Assembly (NCBI GenBank): GCA_964016885.1
Contig: OZ024744.1
Coordinates: forward strand, 89,404,001 to 89,468,000
Direction of reading: 5' to 3'
Source: Eledone cirrhosa
Lineage: Eukaryota
Length of the DNA: 64,000 bases
Part shown: positions 13,656 to 27,122 of the stretch, one piece after another
How the letters are laid out: each line of letters begins with the position of its first letter
Numbering within the stretch: position 1 is the stretch's first letter
Notes under the pieces: generated by a model
The model's input: only the letters and a program-made list of their open reading frames with translations
Told to the model about the DNA's origin: nothing
Database searches by the model: none
Program-made: the position numbers and the translations under genes

Positions 13656-14942
13656 CAGGATGTGGACGATATTTGTTCGCAATTTTCAACTGCTAATTTT
13701 ATGCAAATCTTTTTTACATCCGTTGTCACTCTTGTCTACATAAAAACAGTGACGATATTTCCATTATTTATTTTCAGAATAATTGATTATGAATCATTTT
13801 GAACCTCCAAATTTGTGGAAGAGACACGGAGTTCTTCTTGGAATCCGCACCGGGAGGACAAATAAGGAAATTTCAGACTTTCTCAGCGTCAGCAGGAGAA
13901 TGGTAGAAAAGGTCAGGATTCAACTACGAAGCAATATCAGAGAGGAAAACACATGATCGACGATCTGATGCCTTCAGAACGCCCGAGTTCGTCGCTGAAG
14001 TTCAGGATATCATCAACAAAGAACCTAGCAAGTCGATGCGTGCCATTGCAAGGAAGAAAGGCGTGGATGGAAAGCTCATTAGGCTGATGGTACATGAAGA
14101 CATTCGCTACGTTTCATACAAGATGAGGAAAGGACAATTTCAGTTAAAGGCGATACAAGAAAAGCGACTGAAGCACGCAAAGAAGCTGATCTACAAGTTG
14201 AAACACCCACTGGAGCCAAATATGCTGTGGTTTTTCTCCGACGAAAAATACTTCTGCCAAGACCAGAAGATCAACTCCCAGAACAACAGGTGGCTCGCTG
14301 TCTCATCCAAAGACGTGCCCAGAGTCATGCAGACAAAGTTTCCAGCGACAACATTGGTCTTAGGTGTCGTCATCAGTCAAGGTGACGTCATGCCACTTCA
14401 CTTCTTCTCTGAGGGCCTCACGCTGAACACCGATGGCTACATCCGCGTTCTGAGCGAGGTAGTAAAGCCCTGGATAGACCAGGTAGCTGCAGGTAGGCCG
14501 TATGTGTGGCAGCAAGACTCAGCGCTCTGCCATACCAGCCGAAAGACTCAAGCCTGGCTGTCAGAGAACTTCGTCGACCACACTTCACCTGACATCTGGC
14601 CCCCCAGCTCGCCTGACTGCAAGCCCCTCGACTTCTTTGTGTGGGGCACAGTGGAACGAGACACCAACAGATCTAGCTGCAATACGAAAGACGATCTGAA
14701 GGCCAGGATCACAAGTGCCTTTAGGGGCCTAAGTCGGGGGAGAGTGACGAAGGCCTGTAGCCGGTTCCGAGGCCGCCTTCAGGCCGTCATCAAAGCCAAT
14801 GGCGGGTTTATCGAGTGAGATCGAAAGAACGAGTCATGAAGACAAACTGACCCAAGTTTGATAAATATATCTTAAAAAATAAAACTACTATGTTAGTTTA
14901 TCCTAGACAGTAATCTTGCGAACAAATATCGTCCGAACCCTG
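13656..14942 (+). mobile_element. Tc1/mariner transposon, maT (DD37D) family
   Basis: TIRs caggatgtggacgatatttgttcgcaa / ttgcgaacaaatatcgtccgaaccctg; TA flanks; transposase inside. Confidence 0.93.
13789..14818 (+). pseudogene. DD37D transposase; N-terminus disrupted near 13930-13955, catalytic domain open (14036-14818)
   Basis: FSDEK, WQQD-(37 aa)-D in WPPSSPDCKPLDFFVW; the upstream ATG frame MNHFEPPNLWKRH stops early. Confidence 0.88.
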
Positions 14943-15010
14943 TATATATATATATATATATATACACACACAGATACACACGCACGCACGCACATACACA
15001 TACACATACT

Positions 15011-15096
<86 letters not shown>

Positions 15097-15502
15097 CATA
15101 CATGTTTGGTGACCAATCGTAGCAAGCCCATGATCAAAACCTTCTAGTCGTGACTATCCATGACTATGTTCTTTGTTGTTTTTATAAGACACACTACATC
15201 CGAAACCATATGAGTCAATGGTTTTGGACATGAGGGAGGTTTAGATACTATGTTCGGCTCCTCTCTTATACACGAGGATTGAGAAAAGGTTCAGTCATCC
15301 TTGAGAAATGAAGTGAAACAGTGTTATATAGAGGTGAATAAGTATACTTGTGTATGTATGTCCATATGTATTTGTATTATGTGTGTGTGTGTGTGTGTTT
15401 GAGTGTTTATGCATATGTTTGTATGTGTGTGTGCGTGTATGTTTGTGTGTGTGTGTTTATGCACGTGTGTGCATGTGTAAGTGTGTGTATGTATATATAT
15501 AT

Positions 15503-15667
15503 AATGGAATTAGCTCGAAGGAGGAAAATACCCACTGAGCCGTGTATAAACTAATATGTATGTGATGAAACACAGATACCAACACATTATGTTTATACAC
15601 GGCTGTTTATACACGGCTGTTTATACACGGCTCAGTGGGTATTTTCCTCCTTCGAGCTAATTCCATT
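15503..15667. repeat. ~49-bp perfect inverted repeat with a 14-bp triplication at the inner right junction
   Basis: aatggaattagctcgaaggagg...ccgtgtataaac / (gtttatacacggct)x3 cagtggg...ttccatt. Confidence 0.9.
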
Positions 15668-16834
15668 GTAAAAGAATCCATTACCTTATTAATAACTGCT
15701 CCTAGTCTGAGCTGAAAGCCGCCTCATATATACGACTGTTATTTGTAGCAGTACGGTTATGAGACTAGCTAGATACTGTTAAACCATGTGCGTCACGCAG
15801 TCTTTTAAATTATTTAGAAGTGAAGCATATCAATTTGTCCCTGGATGTTTACTGAGGAGAGCAGGACATGATATTCCTACACTTATTTAATTCGAAACAT
15901 ATTTGGATTTTAAAGTTTAAACTTATCTACGGAACAGGTTTGATTTTGAAATTTAAATGTGTCTAAACATCATAGCCTCTTGGCAATGCAGTTCGTCTTT
16001 GTTGATTTATTATTTTAAATCGATATGGACAAAAGGTAGTATAATAATTAGTATACTTCAATCTGGCTAAATTTTCTTTTGCAATATGTATATATATGTA
16101 TGCCCTTCACACCTACCCATCCTCTCCCCTGTCCACCGCACCTTCGCCCCACACAGACACACACACACAATCCTCACCTCACTCCACCTGTCATCCCACT
16201 CTACTGCTATCTCTTCATCCCACTCTACGGCTATCTCTACACCCTGTCTTGACCCTCTGACCACTTCCTGTTGCGCGCGCACCCACTTACCTCCACTTCC
16301 TACTACCACCAACATTGGATTCCACACCTTCAGTCATCTCTCCAGCCATCCACGCCATATCTTGAAAAATATCCAGCACCCCTCCACACATCTGACGGAA
16401 CTACCTCAGGACCTTACCCACGAACATACACTCACACATTTTTTTTCGCACCACGCCACCCACATCCACACCACATATAAACACAAACACACACGTGCGT
16501 ACCCCCACTTATACACAACCTCCGGAATCCACACGCCACCTCCCCCACCCCTTGACCCCTCTCCTTCCACACATACGCACACACCTACTTACACCCCACC
16601 CCACGCACACACCTTTTCCTGAACATGGAACCTCGTTCTTCCTCAAACTCTCACATACACACACACACACACACACACTCACGTACACCTACACACATAC
16701 ACAAACACCACCTTCAGCCTTCCTCGCTTCGACACCCCGCCTCCCTCTTCCAACTCCACCCGCCACCACCCTTACACGCCTCACACCCTTCCACCACTTG
16801 TCCATCTTATTGTTTATTCTTGTTTATTTTTACG

Positions 16835-17093
16835 TTTATTTTTATTTTTATTTTTATTTTTATTTTTATTTTTATTTTTATTTTTATTTTTATTTTTATT
16901 TTTATTTTTATTTTTATTTTTATTTTTATTTTTATTTTTATTTTTATTTTTATTTTTATTTTTATTTTTATTTTTATTTTTATTTTTATTTTTATTTTTA
17001 TTTTTATTTTTATTTTTATTTTTATTTTTATTTTTATTTTTATTTTTATTTTTATTTTTATTTTTATTTTTATTTTTATTTTTATTTTTATTT
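16835..17093 (+). repeat. (TTTTTA)n hexanucleotide microsatellite
   Basis: Direct inspection. Confidence 0.97.
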
Positions 17094-17161
17094 GTTCTCC
17101 TTCCCTCTTTTTTCTAAATGTATTTCCACATACCCTCTGAACTCTCTTCCTAACCTATTTA

Positions 17162-17190
17162 CTCGTGAAGAAGGGCTTATGCCCGAAACG
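17162..17190 (+). ncRNA. Degenerate or truncated hammerhead core
   Basis: GTGAAGA aGGGC ttat GCCC GAAACG; C3>G and the 3' side is lost. Confidence 0.45.
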
Positions 17191-17272
17191 CCGCCCCCCC
17201 CCCCCTCTCAAAAGCGTAAACCTAATAAACATTTATTTGTATGCCTCTCTGTTTTGTTCCCGTATAAATTTG

Positions 17273-17327
<55 letters not shown>

Positions 17328-17500
17328 TTGTAATAAAATGAAAACGAAATTTCATTTCTCACTCTTAGTAAAAAAAAAAAAAGGTGACGTGGTTGCCTTA
17401 ACACCGTACGGCATAAATTGAGGCTGTTCAGTTTGTTTTCAAACGAACAAAGCGGGCGTTATAATAAGCGTCCGCTAAACTGATACGTACATACATGTAT

Positions 17501-17570
<70 letters not shown>

Positions 17571-18217
17571 TGCTACTGTACGTCTGTATACATATATGTA
17601 TGTACGTATACATACATACGTATATATATATATATATATATATATTCACCGAGAATCGCATTTCGGCTATATATGTATTTTTTTTATACATGTATATGTT
17701 TATAACAAGATGCATCCTTTCATGTATGACCTATTGTATATCTTTATATGACTTTGTGTGTATATTCTTTTTATGTGTATATGTATATATATATTTTTTT
17801 ATGCGTGCGTGAGTGTGTACATGAATATGCGCATATTTGTAAGAGTGTATATGAGTCAGTGTGTGTGTGTGTGTATAAGCACCCGTGTAGGGAAAGGGCT
17901 TGTTTGTGTGTTTGCGAGCGAGTGTGTATCTGTGTGTGTATATATGTATATGGGTACGTGTATATGTATGTGCGTGGGTGGAAGGGGGGGTGTCTATGTA
18001 TATGTCTGTACGTGTTCGTGTGTACGGGTATATATACGCGTGTGCATGTGTATGCACATGTATGTGTGTGTGTGTATGTTGATGCATATAGGCATGTGAG
18101 CATGTGTCCGTGTGTGTACGTGCCTCTCTAAATGCATGTATGCGTATGTTTACATGTTCTCCTTAAATGTGTGTGTATAGCGGGCGTCTATGCGTACGAC
18201 TGTCATTATCTCTGTGC

Positions 18218-18326
<109 letters not shown>

Positions 18327-18551
18327 TGGATGTGTGAACCAAACACACCAGTAATTTATTGAAGTGTAGCAGACATGGGACAGTTAACGCCCTGATAGTC
18401 AGCGGACTGGTACCTGTGGTCAGAATTATGATGATGTCGACAACGAGCAGCCAATCACAGGACGCGCGAAGAAGAAGATGAAGTTTTTGACGGTACTGGC
18501 CCCAGAGGGTCAGATACCCCAGTGAGAGAATATGCTCCGAAACCATTAGAC

Positions 18552-18639
18552 GTGTCCGTCGAACCTGCGGGTCCAGAATCAGACAAATCCACACACTGAT
18601 CGCGTCTCGAGCTGTCCGCCGGCGAAACAATTGTAACAC
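18552..18639 (+). ncRNA. Degenerate hammerhead with extended stem II
   Basis: GTGT CCGTCGA acctGCGG...CCGCcggc GAA ACAATTGT A ACAC; two core mismatches. Confidence 0.45.
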
Positions 18640-19440
18640 ACAATAAATTGAGTTCAGATGCATCACTGATTTTTCGTTTTGTACTATATATATATATATA
18701 TATGATGGCTGCAAACTCTGCTAAGAGTACTGCAATTGCTTGGAAGATTATACAGTGTGGTGCACTTTTAGGCTATGGCCAGTCATAACATATCCTGAAG
18801 AAGCAATGCCTGTGCTTTGAATGTTTTTTAAGTGGGGAAATGCCTTGCATTTGACCAATCCCTCTCTCTGAGCATCGAAAACACTACCCGAAAAGGAGAA
18901 CTAGTCAACATCATCGGATGCTTCAGAAGCCGCAGGTTTTTTTTTTCAAAGTTTCCTTCTCTTAGAAAGGTGTTGTGACAACAACTGGGCGGGAGGGGGG
19001 GGGGCTTTCACTCCCTGGTGAAAAAAAATAAAAGTAATATTATTTGGATGGCCGTTGACTCTGCCAAGTTCCTCCGCCCTTTGTGAGGTTTTGTATTTCA
19101 TCCTGCAGGCTGCCCAAATATCACCCTATCTATATATATATATATATATATGATGGCTGCCCCCTCGTTATCGAATATGGCCATTGGTCGAAAAAATAAA
19201 TATACATACATACATACATACATACATACATACATACATACACACATACATACATACATACATACATACATACATACACACATACATACATACATACATA
19301 CATACATACATACATACATACATACATACATACATACATACATACATACATACATACATACATACACACATATATATATATATAAATATATACATACACA
19401 CATATATATATAAATATATATATATATATATTTCTATTTC

Positions 19441-19471
<31 letters not shown>

Positions 19472-19689
19472 ATGTGTGTATGCTTGAGGGAGTTTGCAAT
19501 ATTGTAATATGTGTATGAAAGCAAGTGATATAGTTTGGTGTTGGCAGAAGTTACAAACAGGATTTAAAGAAATTATTTTATATGACATAGAACGTTGCAA
19601 GAAATGATTGGAAAAGAAAATGGATTTATGGATGCACTGAATCGGCACCTGACAGCAGATTGTTATTAGATCGGTGGGGTGGTGCTTGT

Positions 19690-20305
19690 TATTTCAGTAC
19701 ATTTTTGCCGACATGACAGCCGAAGACACTGAAAGAGATCTGCTGAACACCGTTGTCAAAAGCGTCAATTTTATTCGTTTTAAACGCTATCAGTCACCGC
19801 CATTTTGTCGAATTGTTTAAAAGAACTGGAGTCAGATTTCACTGAGAATGGTATATTTTCCAATGTTGAATGATTTAAGTCGCTGAGTTGTTTTGCTACG
19901 ACGCATTGCATTAACGATTCTACTTCAAGATGTTCTCTTCCACACCCCCACCCCCACCTCCATCCTCGTTTCAATAAATAAATAAATAAAATAAAATAAA
20001 ATATATTCGATATAAATACATATATAAATATAAATAAAATAAAATAAAATAAAATAAAATATATATTATATAAATAGACATATAAATATGAATATATAAA
20101 TAAATAAAATAAAATAAAATAAAATAAATAAAAAATATGTAAAATATAAATATACATATAAATAGAAAGATTGATAAGAGAGAAAGCGAGAGAGAGAGAG
20201 AGGGGGGGGGGGGAGAGAAGAAAAAGAAATCATCGACCTTCTCTTTTAAATATACATAAAAATATAAATATAAATAAAGATTGATAAGAGAGAGAGAGAG
20301 AGAGG

Positions 20306-20388
<83 letters not shown>

Positions 20389-20520
20389 GATCGACTTTCT
20401 TCACTTTTGATTGATTATGATGTGTAGCAATGAGATCAGTCTTATATGTTCTCTGACAGACATCAGCGCTGATGTTAAACAAACTTCAAGTAAAAGGGAC
20501 ACTTGATTTGTGACTCGGCA
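19690..20520 (+). pseudogene. Highly decayed hAT (Charlie/Buster/SPIN-like) transposase fragments split by low-complexity DNA
   Basis: DLLNTVVKSVNFIR...SHRHFVELF.ELESDF at about 19735-19845; weaker LxDI...LNKLQ-like text at about 20450-20510. Confidence 0.45.
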
Positions 20521-20796
20521 CAAGTTTTGCGAGAAATTCGGGCAAAACTAGAGTTATTTGTGTCATAGGAAATTCAACAAAGACATCAAAATACACATAA
20601 TATATCTCTACAATTCAGTTTGACAGGTATTGTTACAAACCGTTGACTTTTACAATAACGAAAGTAGATGTAACGACATTTCCTTAATAAATTCTTTTTA
20701 TATATATATATATATATACGTCTTTTTTTAGTTAATAAGGATGTTTATTTTTTATTTTTTATTTTTCTCTTATTGTTCTTATGGTTATTATTGTTA

Positions 20797-21980
20797 TTCG
20801 GTAGAGGGTCGGACGCCATGCTTTCCAGCATAGTTACGTCCCTTTACGATCTGAGTTCAAATCCCGCCGAGGTTGACTTTGCCTTTCATCCTTACGAGGG
20901 TCGATAAAATAAAGTACCAGTAATGCACTCTGGGTAATTGCTGGCCTTGTGCCTAAAGTAGAAACAATTATTGTTATCATTATCAGACACTATGTTTTGC
21001 AGCATAGTTATGGCCCTTTACGTTCTGAGGTCAAATCCCGGCGAGGTTAACTTTGCTTTCATCCTTACGGGGTCGATAAAATAAAACACCTGTCATGCAC
21101 TGGGGTCGATTTAATCGACTTTCCCCTCCCCCAACATTGCTGGCCTTGTGCTTATATAAGAAACCATTATCAGACACTATGTTTTGCAGCATAGTTATTG
21201 CCCTTTACGTTCTGAGGTCAAATCCCGTGGAGGTTAACTTTGCCTTTCATCCCTACGGGGTCAATAAAATAAAGTACCAGTAATGTACTAGGTAATTGCT
21301 GGCCTTGTGCCAAAAGTAGAAACAATTATTATTAAAGGCGGTGGATTGGCATTATCGATAAAGCGTCAGACAGCATGTTTTGCAGCATAGAGTTATGGCC
21401 CTTTGCGTTCTGAGTTCAAACCCTGTCGAGGTCAACTTAGCGTTTCATCCTGGTGGGGTCAATAAAATAAAGCACCAGTAATGCACTGGGGTTGATTTAC
21501 TCGACTTTCCTCTCCCCTAAAGTACCAGTAATGCACTGGAGTAATTGCTGGCCTTGTGCCAAAAGTAGAAACAATTATTATATATGGATTGACAGTATCG
21601 GTAGAGGGTCGGACGCCATGCTTTGCCGTATTGAGTTACGGCCCTTTATGATCTGAGTTCAAATCCCGCCTTTCATCCTTACGGGGTCAATAAAATAAAG
21701 TACCAGTCACGCACTGGGGTCGATTTAATCAACTTTCCCTTCCACCAAAATTGCTGGCCTTGTGCCTATATAAGAAACCATTATTATTGGTGGATTGGCA
21801 GTATCGGTAGAAGGTCTAACACCATGATTTGCAGCATAGGGTTACAGCCCTTTATGGTCTGAGTTCAAATCCTGCCCAGCTTAACTTTGCCTTTCATCCT
21901 TACGGGGTCGATAAAATAAAGTATCAGTAATACACTGGGATAATTGCTGGCCTTGTGCCAAACATAGTAACAATTATTAT
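20797..21980 (+). mobile_element. Head-to-tail cluster of six family-A SINEs
   Basis: Copies start near 20797, 20985, 21170, 21337, 21585 and 21789, each ending ...gccttgtgc..aaacaattatt or aaaccattat. Confidence 0.92.
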
Positions 21981-22146
21981 TGTTGTTGTTGTTTATTTGT
22001 TTTATAACTACACGAAAAGGTGGGGTTGGGGACAAAAATCAATTTTTAGAAACTTAGAAGATCGTATATCCAATAAAATTTACTGCTGATGAACCCGGGA
22101 AGAGTTTGACGATTTTATATTAAAAGTGTTTTATAATACATACATA

Positions 22147-22218
<72 letters not shown>

Positions 22219-22521
22219 TCTCTCTCTCTCTCTCCCTCTCTCTCTCTCTCCTTCTCTCTCTCTCTCTCTCTCTTATATATATATATATTAGAAAGTGAGG
22301 TTTTTTTTACAAAATGAAAAAAAAACGAGGTGTCCTACACGAGTGAAAGTATAAAGAAAAAAGATGAAATCGAAAATGCAACTGTGAGAAAAACCACAAA
22401 CCCTCCATCTCAACTCTACTTTCGAAAAGCAGAAGAACTGCGAAACCGGTAAAGGAATCAAATAAATATATATTTTTATAAAAAAAAGACTCTAGTTGCA
22501 TTTTCGATTTCATCTTTTTTC

Positions 22522-22586
<65 letters not shown>

Positions 22587-22589
<3 letters not shown>

Positions 22590-22728
22590 TAGTTCAACAA
22601 CTGTTAGTTAACCATACCGAGAACAATTGTTTCACCTTATTCGTATCCTCAGCTCGGTCTAGCTGAGTAACCGAATAAGGTGAAACAATTGTTCTCGATA
22701 TGGTTAACTAACAGTTGTGGAACTACTT
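22587..22728. mobile_element. Palindromic cassette with two divergently oriented hammerheads
   Basis: ~65-bp arms; begins directly after (TA)n. Confidence 0.8.
22616..22658 (-). ncRNA. Type I hammerhead ribozyme (a mirror copy with G8>T lies at about 22660-22699, + strand)
   Basis: ACCGAG CTGAGGA tacgaataaggt GAA ACAATTGT T CTCGGT. Confidence 0.78.
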
Positions 22729-22963
22729 CTACCAAACTCGTCCCATGTACTGAGTGCTCTACTACTACAGATATTACCTATCAATGTTCTATTGTTATAT
22801 ATATATGTGTATGTGTGTATGTGCGTGTGCGTGTGTGTGTGTATGTGCGTGTGTGCGTGTGTGTGTATGTGTGTGTGTGTATCTATCTATCTCTCTCTCT
22901 CTCTCTTTATCTCTCTATCTATCGATTTACTTCTCTTTCTTTCTTTCTATTTCTCTCTCTCTT

Positions 22964-22998
<35 letters not shown>

Positions 22999-23134
22999 CT
23001 CTCTCTCTATCTGCATACACACATATATATATTGCTAACTGAACACGCTAGTGCTTTCTCTACAAAAAGATTTTTTTTCGTTACTTCCGCACCCATCTCT
23101 CGTCTGCCTTTCTATACTTCTCTTTCTCATACTA

Positions 23135-23170
23135 TCCTCTGATGGAGGACTAACGTCCGAGACGTTAAAA
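23135..23170 (+). ncRNA. Degenerate minimal hammerhead (family of 35507/41254)
   Basis: CTGATGG aGGAC taac GTCC GAG ACGT T aaaa; downstream cctactatatcaa is shared with 41291. Confidence 0.55.
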
Positions 23171-23666
23171 CTATTTTCCTACTATATCAACTGTTAAACT
23201 GATATATATATATCCCCTTACTGCATCGTGAGGCTGTGTTGTTTATCCATTTACTTTTCGCATAACTCTTCCTCACACTTCCACTCACTCACTCACTGTT
23301 TCTCCTCTTCTCACTTCACCCCGTTCGCGACGAAAACATTTTCTCTCTTTCTCACATTTGAATTCGTTCCCGAAAGGTCTTTTTTCTAAGCACTCACATA
23401 TTCACCTAGCTTATGCTAACAGAATAACTATGAAGCTTGTTCCCTTCCTTCTACGGTTAGCTCTCCTCTTTGTTGTTATCTTGTCTCACTCGCTTTACGC
23501 GTTCTAATTGTCCTAATAACTTAATTTAGTTATTATTGCACCGACGTGAGGTATATGATTTTTAATGCAATGAAATATCTATGATCGTCGGCAAATCACT
23601 GATGAGGGACTTATTTTATTACAGGTTATCCATGTGCAACCTGCAGTATTCTTCTCCCCATTTTTT

Positions 23667-23700
<34 letters not shown>

Positions 23701-23719
23701 TCTGTATACGTACATACAT

Positions 23720-24340
23720 ACAGTGTTTAGCAACCATCGTTGCCCTTTTGTTAAACACTGGCAAAGGAACGATGTACTAGTTTCAAGCTTATTAACTATC
23801 GTCAGCAACGTATACCTTCCTGCCAGATGTTTGAACGTCTGAAAGTATATACTTTCCTTATGCATATTAACGGCTGAGCAGCCTAATTTGCATAAACACT
23901 GTACGGCTTAATTCGGGATGTTTGTTTACAAACAAACCGAGCATTATAATAAATGTTCGGTAAATCCATACGTACATATATATATATATGTGTGTGCATG
24001 TATGTATATATATACATACTACTGTACGTCTGTATACATGTATGTATGTACGTATACATATATTTAAGTAACAGCCGTACTAAGTGTGAGAAATGAACAA
24101 AAGGGCAACGATGGTTGCTAGACACTGTACGGCTTAATTCGGGATGTTTTTTTACAAACAAACCGAGCATTATAATAAATGTTCGGTAAATCCATACGTA
24201 CATATATATATATATGTGTGTGCATGTATGTATATATATATATATACATACTACTGTACGTCTGTATACATGTATGTATGTACGTATACATATATTTAAG
24301 TAACAGCCGTACTAAGAGTGAGAAATGAAATTTCGTTTCA
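23720..24340. mobile_element. Penelope-like pLTR cassette (inverted plus tandem copies); related copy at about 17335-17620
   Basis: 23720-23752 is the reverse complement of about 24097-24128; 23895-24097 is duplicated at 24122-24328. Confidence 0.65.
23769..23811 (-). ncRNA. Type I hammerhead ribozyme
   Basis: acgttg CTGACGA tAGTT aata AGCTt GAA ACTAGT A catcgt. Confidence 0.72.
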
Positions 24341-24348
24341 TTTTTTCC

Positions 24349-24404
<56 letters not shown>

Positions 24405-24869
24405 ATGTGTGTGTGTGTGTGTATTTGTGTGTGTGTAAATAAATATATATATAAATATATATGTGTGTGTGTGTGCTTGTGTGTTTAAATATATATATAT
24501 AATTGTTTATTTTTTAGATAGTGATTCGAACGCGAGACTGTCGGTTGGTAGCACGATGTATTTAGTATGCCGAGATGACGCGACTTTGTAAATAAATATG
24601 TCTCCGTCTCGAGCAATACATTGTTGACCGCTTTATCTCCATATCCTTGACTCCTCCTAACTTGAACATTAAGCAGACAGAAGAAAGAGATGGAAAGGTG
24701 AGAAAAGTTTTAAAAGGAAAAGAAGAGAAATAAAAAAGAAAGAGAGAGAAAGAGATAGGGGAGAGAAGAGAAGAGAGAGATGACCTAGTGCCTTCAACTT
24801 GGGGTCTTCACTTGAAGATATTTTTACCAAATACGAAAAAAGAAAATTGGTTATAAATATTAAATAGAA

Positions 24870-24978
<109 letters not shown>

Positions 24979-25018
24979 CTAATAAAATACAGTTATTAAC
25001 TCATATAGGTACCCTGCA

Positions 25019-25050
<32 letters not shown>

Positions 25051-25143
25051 ACATATATATATGCAGAGAGAGAGAGAGAGAGAGAGAGAGTGAGAGAGAG
25101 AGAGAATCGTTGTTATATTACAAGTACTTACACTTACAAAATA

Positions 25144-25205
<62 letters not shown>

Positions 25206-25294
25206 TATTTACATACATATATATATTTACTACCCTAAGTATTGAGTGCTTTGGTGCGTTATGGTCCACCTGGTTCCTTACCACTTTTCCCTCG

Positions 25295-25353
<59 letters not shown>

Positions 25354-25770
25354 TAATTTAATATATCTACTAACATAAGTGCACAGATGTACGCCAATGC
25401 CAGCAAATACACAGGTTATGTCATAGTACCTAGGTGGCTCGATGCAGGAGAATGCATATATATATATGTATATAAATACCTATATATATATATATATATA
25501 TAGGTATTTACATACATATATATATATACATATATATACATATGTATACATATATATACATATGTATATGCATATATACATACATATACACACACATACA
25601 CATATATACATATGTGTATATATATAAGAAACGGGAAGTAATGTTCTATACAAAACAGTGGATATAGAGAAAAAGTGAAATTGGAAATAGCACGGAAAAA
25701 TATTGTAGAGTCTGTTTTTCTTTTTTTTCCTTTCTTTGATTCGTCAAAGTGGCATTATTGAAAAAATGAC

Positions 25771-25950
25771 AGGTGGATTGGCAGTATCGGTAGAGGATCG
25801 GACGCCATGCTTTCTAGCATAGTTACGTCCCTTTACGATCTGAGTTCAAATCCCGCCGAGGTTGACTTTGCCTTTCATCCTTACGGGGTTGATAAAATAA
25901 AGTACACTGGGTAATTGCTGGCCTTGTGCCTAAAGTAGAAACAATTATTG
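25771..25950 (+). mobile_element. Family-A SINE with target-site duplication
   Basis: A-box-like TGGCAGTATCGG, B box GAGTTCAAATCC; TSD attattgaaaaaatgaca. Confidence 0.9.
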
Positions 25951-26410
25951 AAAAAATGACATTACTGAAAAATGAGAGGAACAATTCTTTTAAAAAAAGT
26001 TTTATATTGTATATAAAGTATATAAAGTATTACCGGTTTCGCTGTATTTATTAAAATTCATCTTATCAAATGTTGAGTATTTAAATTAAAAAGAATTAAT
26101 AAGAACTAAACACTGAAAATTAAAGATTTAAAATCAAGTGTTGAGGTAAGTTTTATTATTCCATCTTTCTTGCTGAGAAGGAGACTGGTGAATAAGTTCT
26201 TGTGTATATAGAGAGAGGTGTGTAGTCATAATAGTGGCAGCAGTGTTGGTAGTTGTGTTTCTTCACAGAACAAGATTGTTTTTTTTTAAGGGGCAAAGGA
26301 AATACTCTCTAAATATGTGTGTGTATATCTGATTGTGTTAGTATTAGCAATTGGAAATACCAATGGAAACATTGTTTCCTCGGTCTGATTTGACGAAAGT
26401 CGATCAACTG

Positions 26411-26457
<47 letters not shown>

Positions 26458-26591
26458 GCACACAAATATAAGGTTATGTTGTTTTTCTTGTTATTGTGGG
26501 TATTGGCATTCTAGTTTAGACCAGAGTCGGATTTTAAAAAAATCGAGACGCGCCTTTCTAATATTTTCTTTCTTTTGAGGGTGGGTTTTCT

Positions 26592-26672
<81 letters not shown>

Positions 26673-26933
26673 TCTCTCTCGCGCTCTCACTGATATTTTG
26701 CATGTGAAATGGGATGTGGTTTAGGATACATTTTCGACTAACACAAGTGAGAGACTATCATTATAAATTGATATTTATATACCAAGTGGTGTCTCAAATT
26801 AAATAATTCTACTGATAGAAAAGTGTTCTATTTCTGTCCACAGTTAATAGAAGACTTACTTATACTAGTGGCGTAACGTGGGCTTTGGTCGAAATGTGTG
26901 GTAACCAAAATGGCCGTCACCTTCACTTATCGC

Positions 26934-27122
26934 AGGGCCAGGTTACGTGATTTTGAGGCCCTAAGCACTTAAAAGGTTATGGTATTCTCCGCCATATATA
27001 AAGATTGCAGAAAACAATGGTGCGGGCAATGACTAATACATTAAATTTTAATACAATGTTGCTATTTTTCGTTTGATACACTAAGCACGTACATATTTGG
27101 TTTGATGGTTTATCCAGCCCTG
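26934..27122. mobile_element. Possible hAT-type MITE
   Basis: cagggccaggtta...ttatccagccctg imperfect TIRs; no convincing 8-bp TSD. Confidence 0.35.

Noticed and set aside
18795-18825. CTGAAGA AGCA...TGCT
   Set aside because: Lacks the GAAA core and stem I
22086-22110. CTGATGA motif
   Set aside because: No GAAA or stem pairing downstream
23540-23610. ccgac...GAAA...gtcgg possible hammerhead and a following CTGATGA
   Set aside because: Core and stem II too degenerate to support
26028-26045. Minus-strand GAAACCGGTA hammerhead 3' half
   Set aside because: No 5' core or stem II partner found; may be chance
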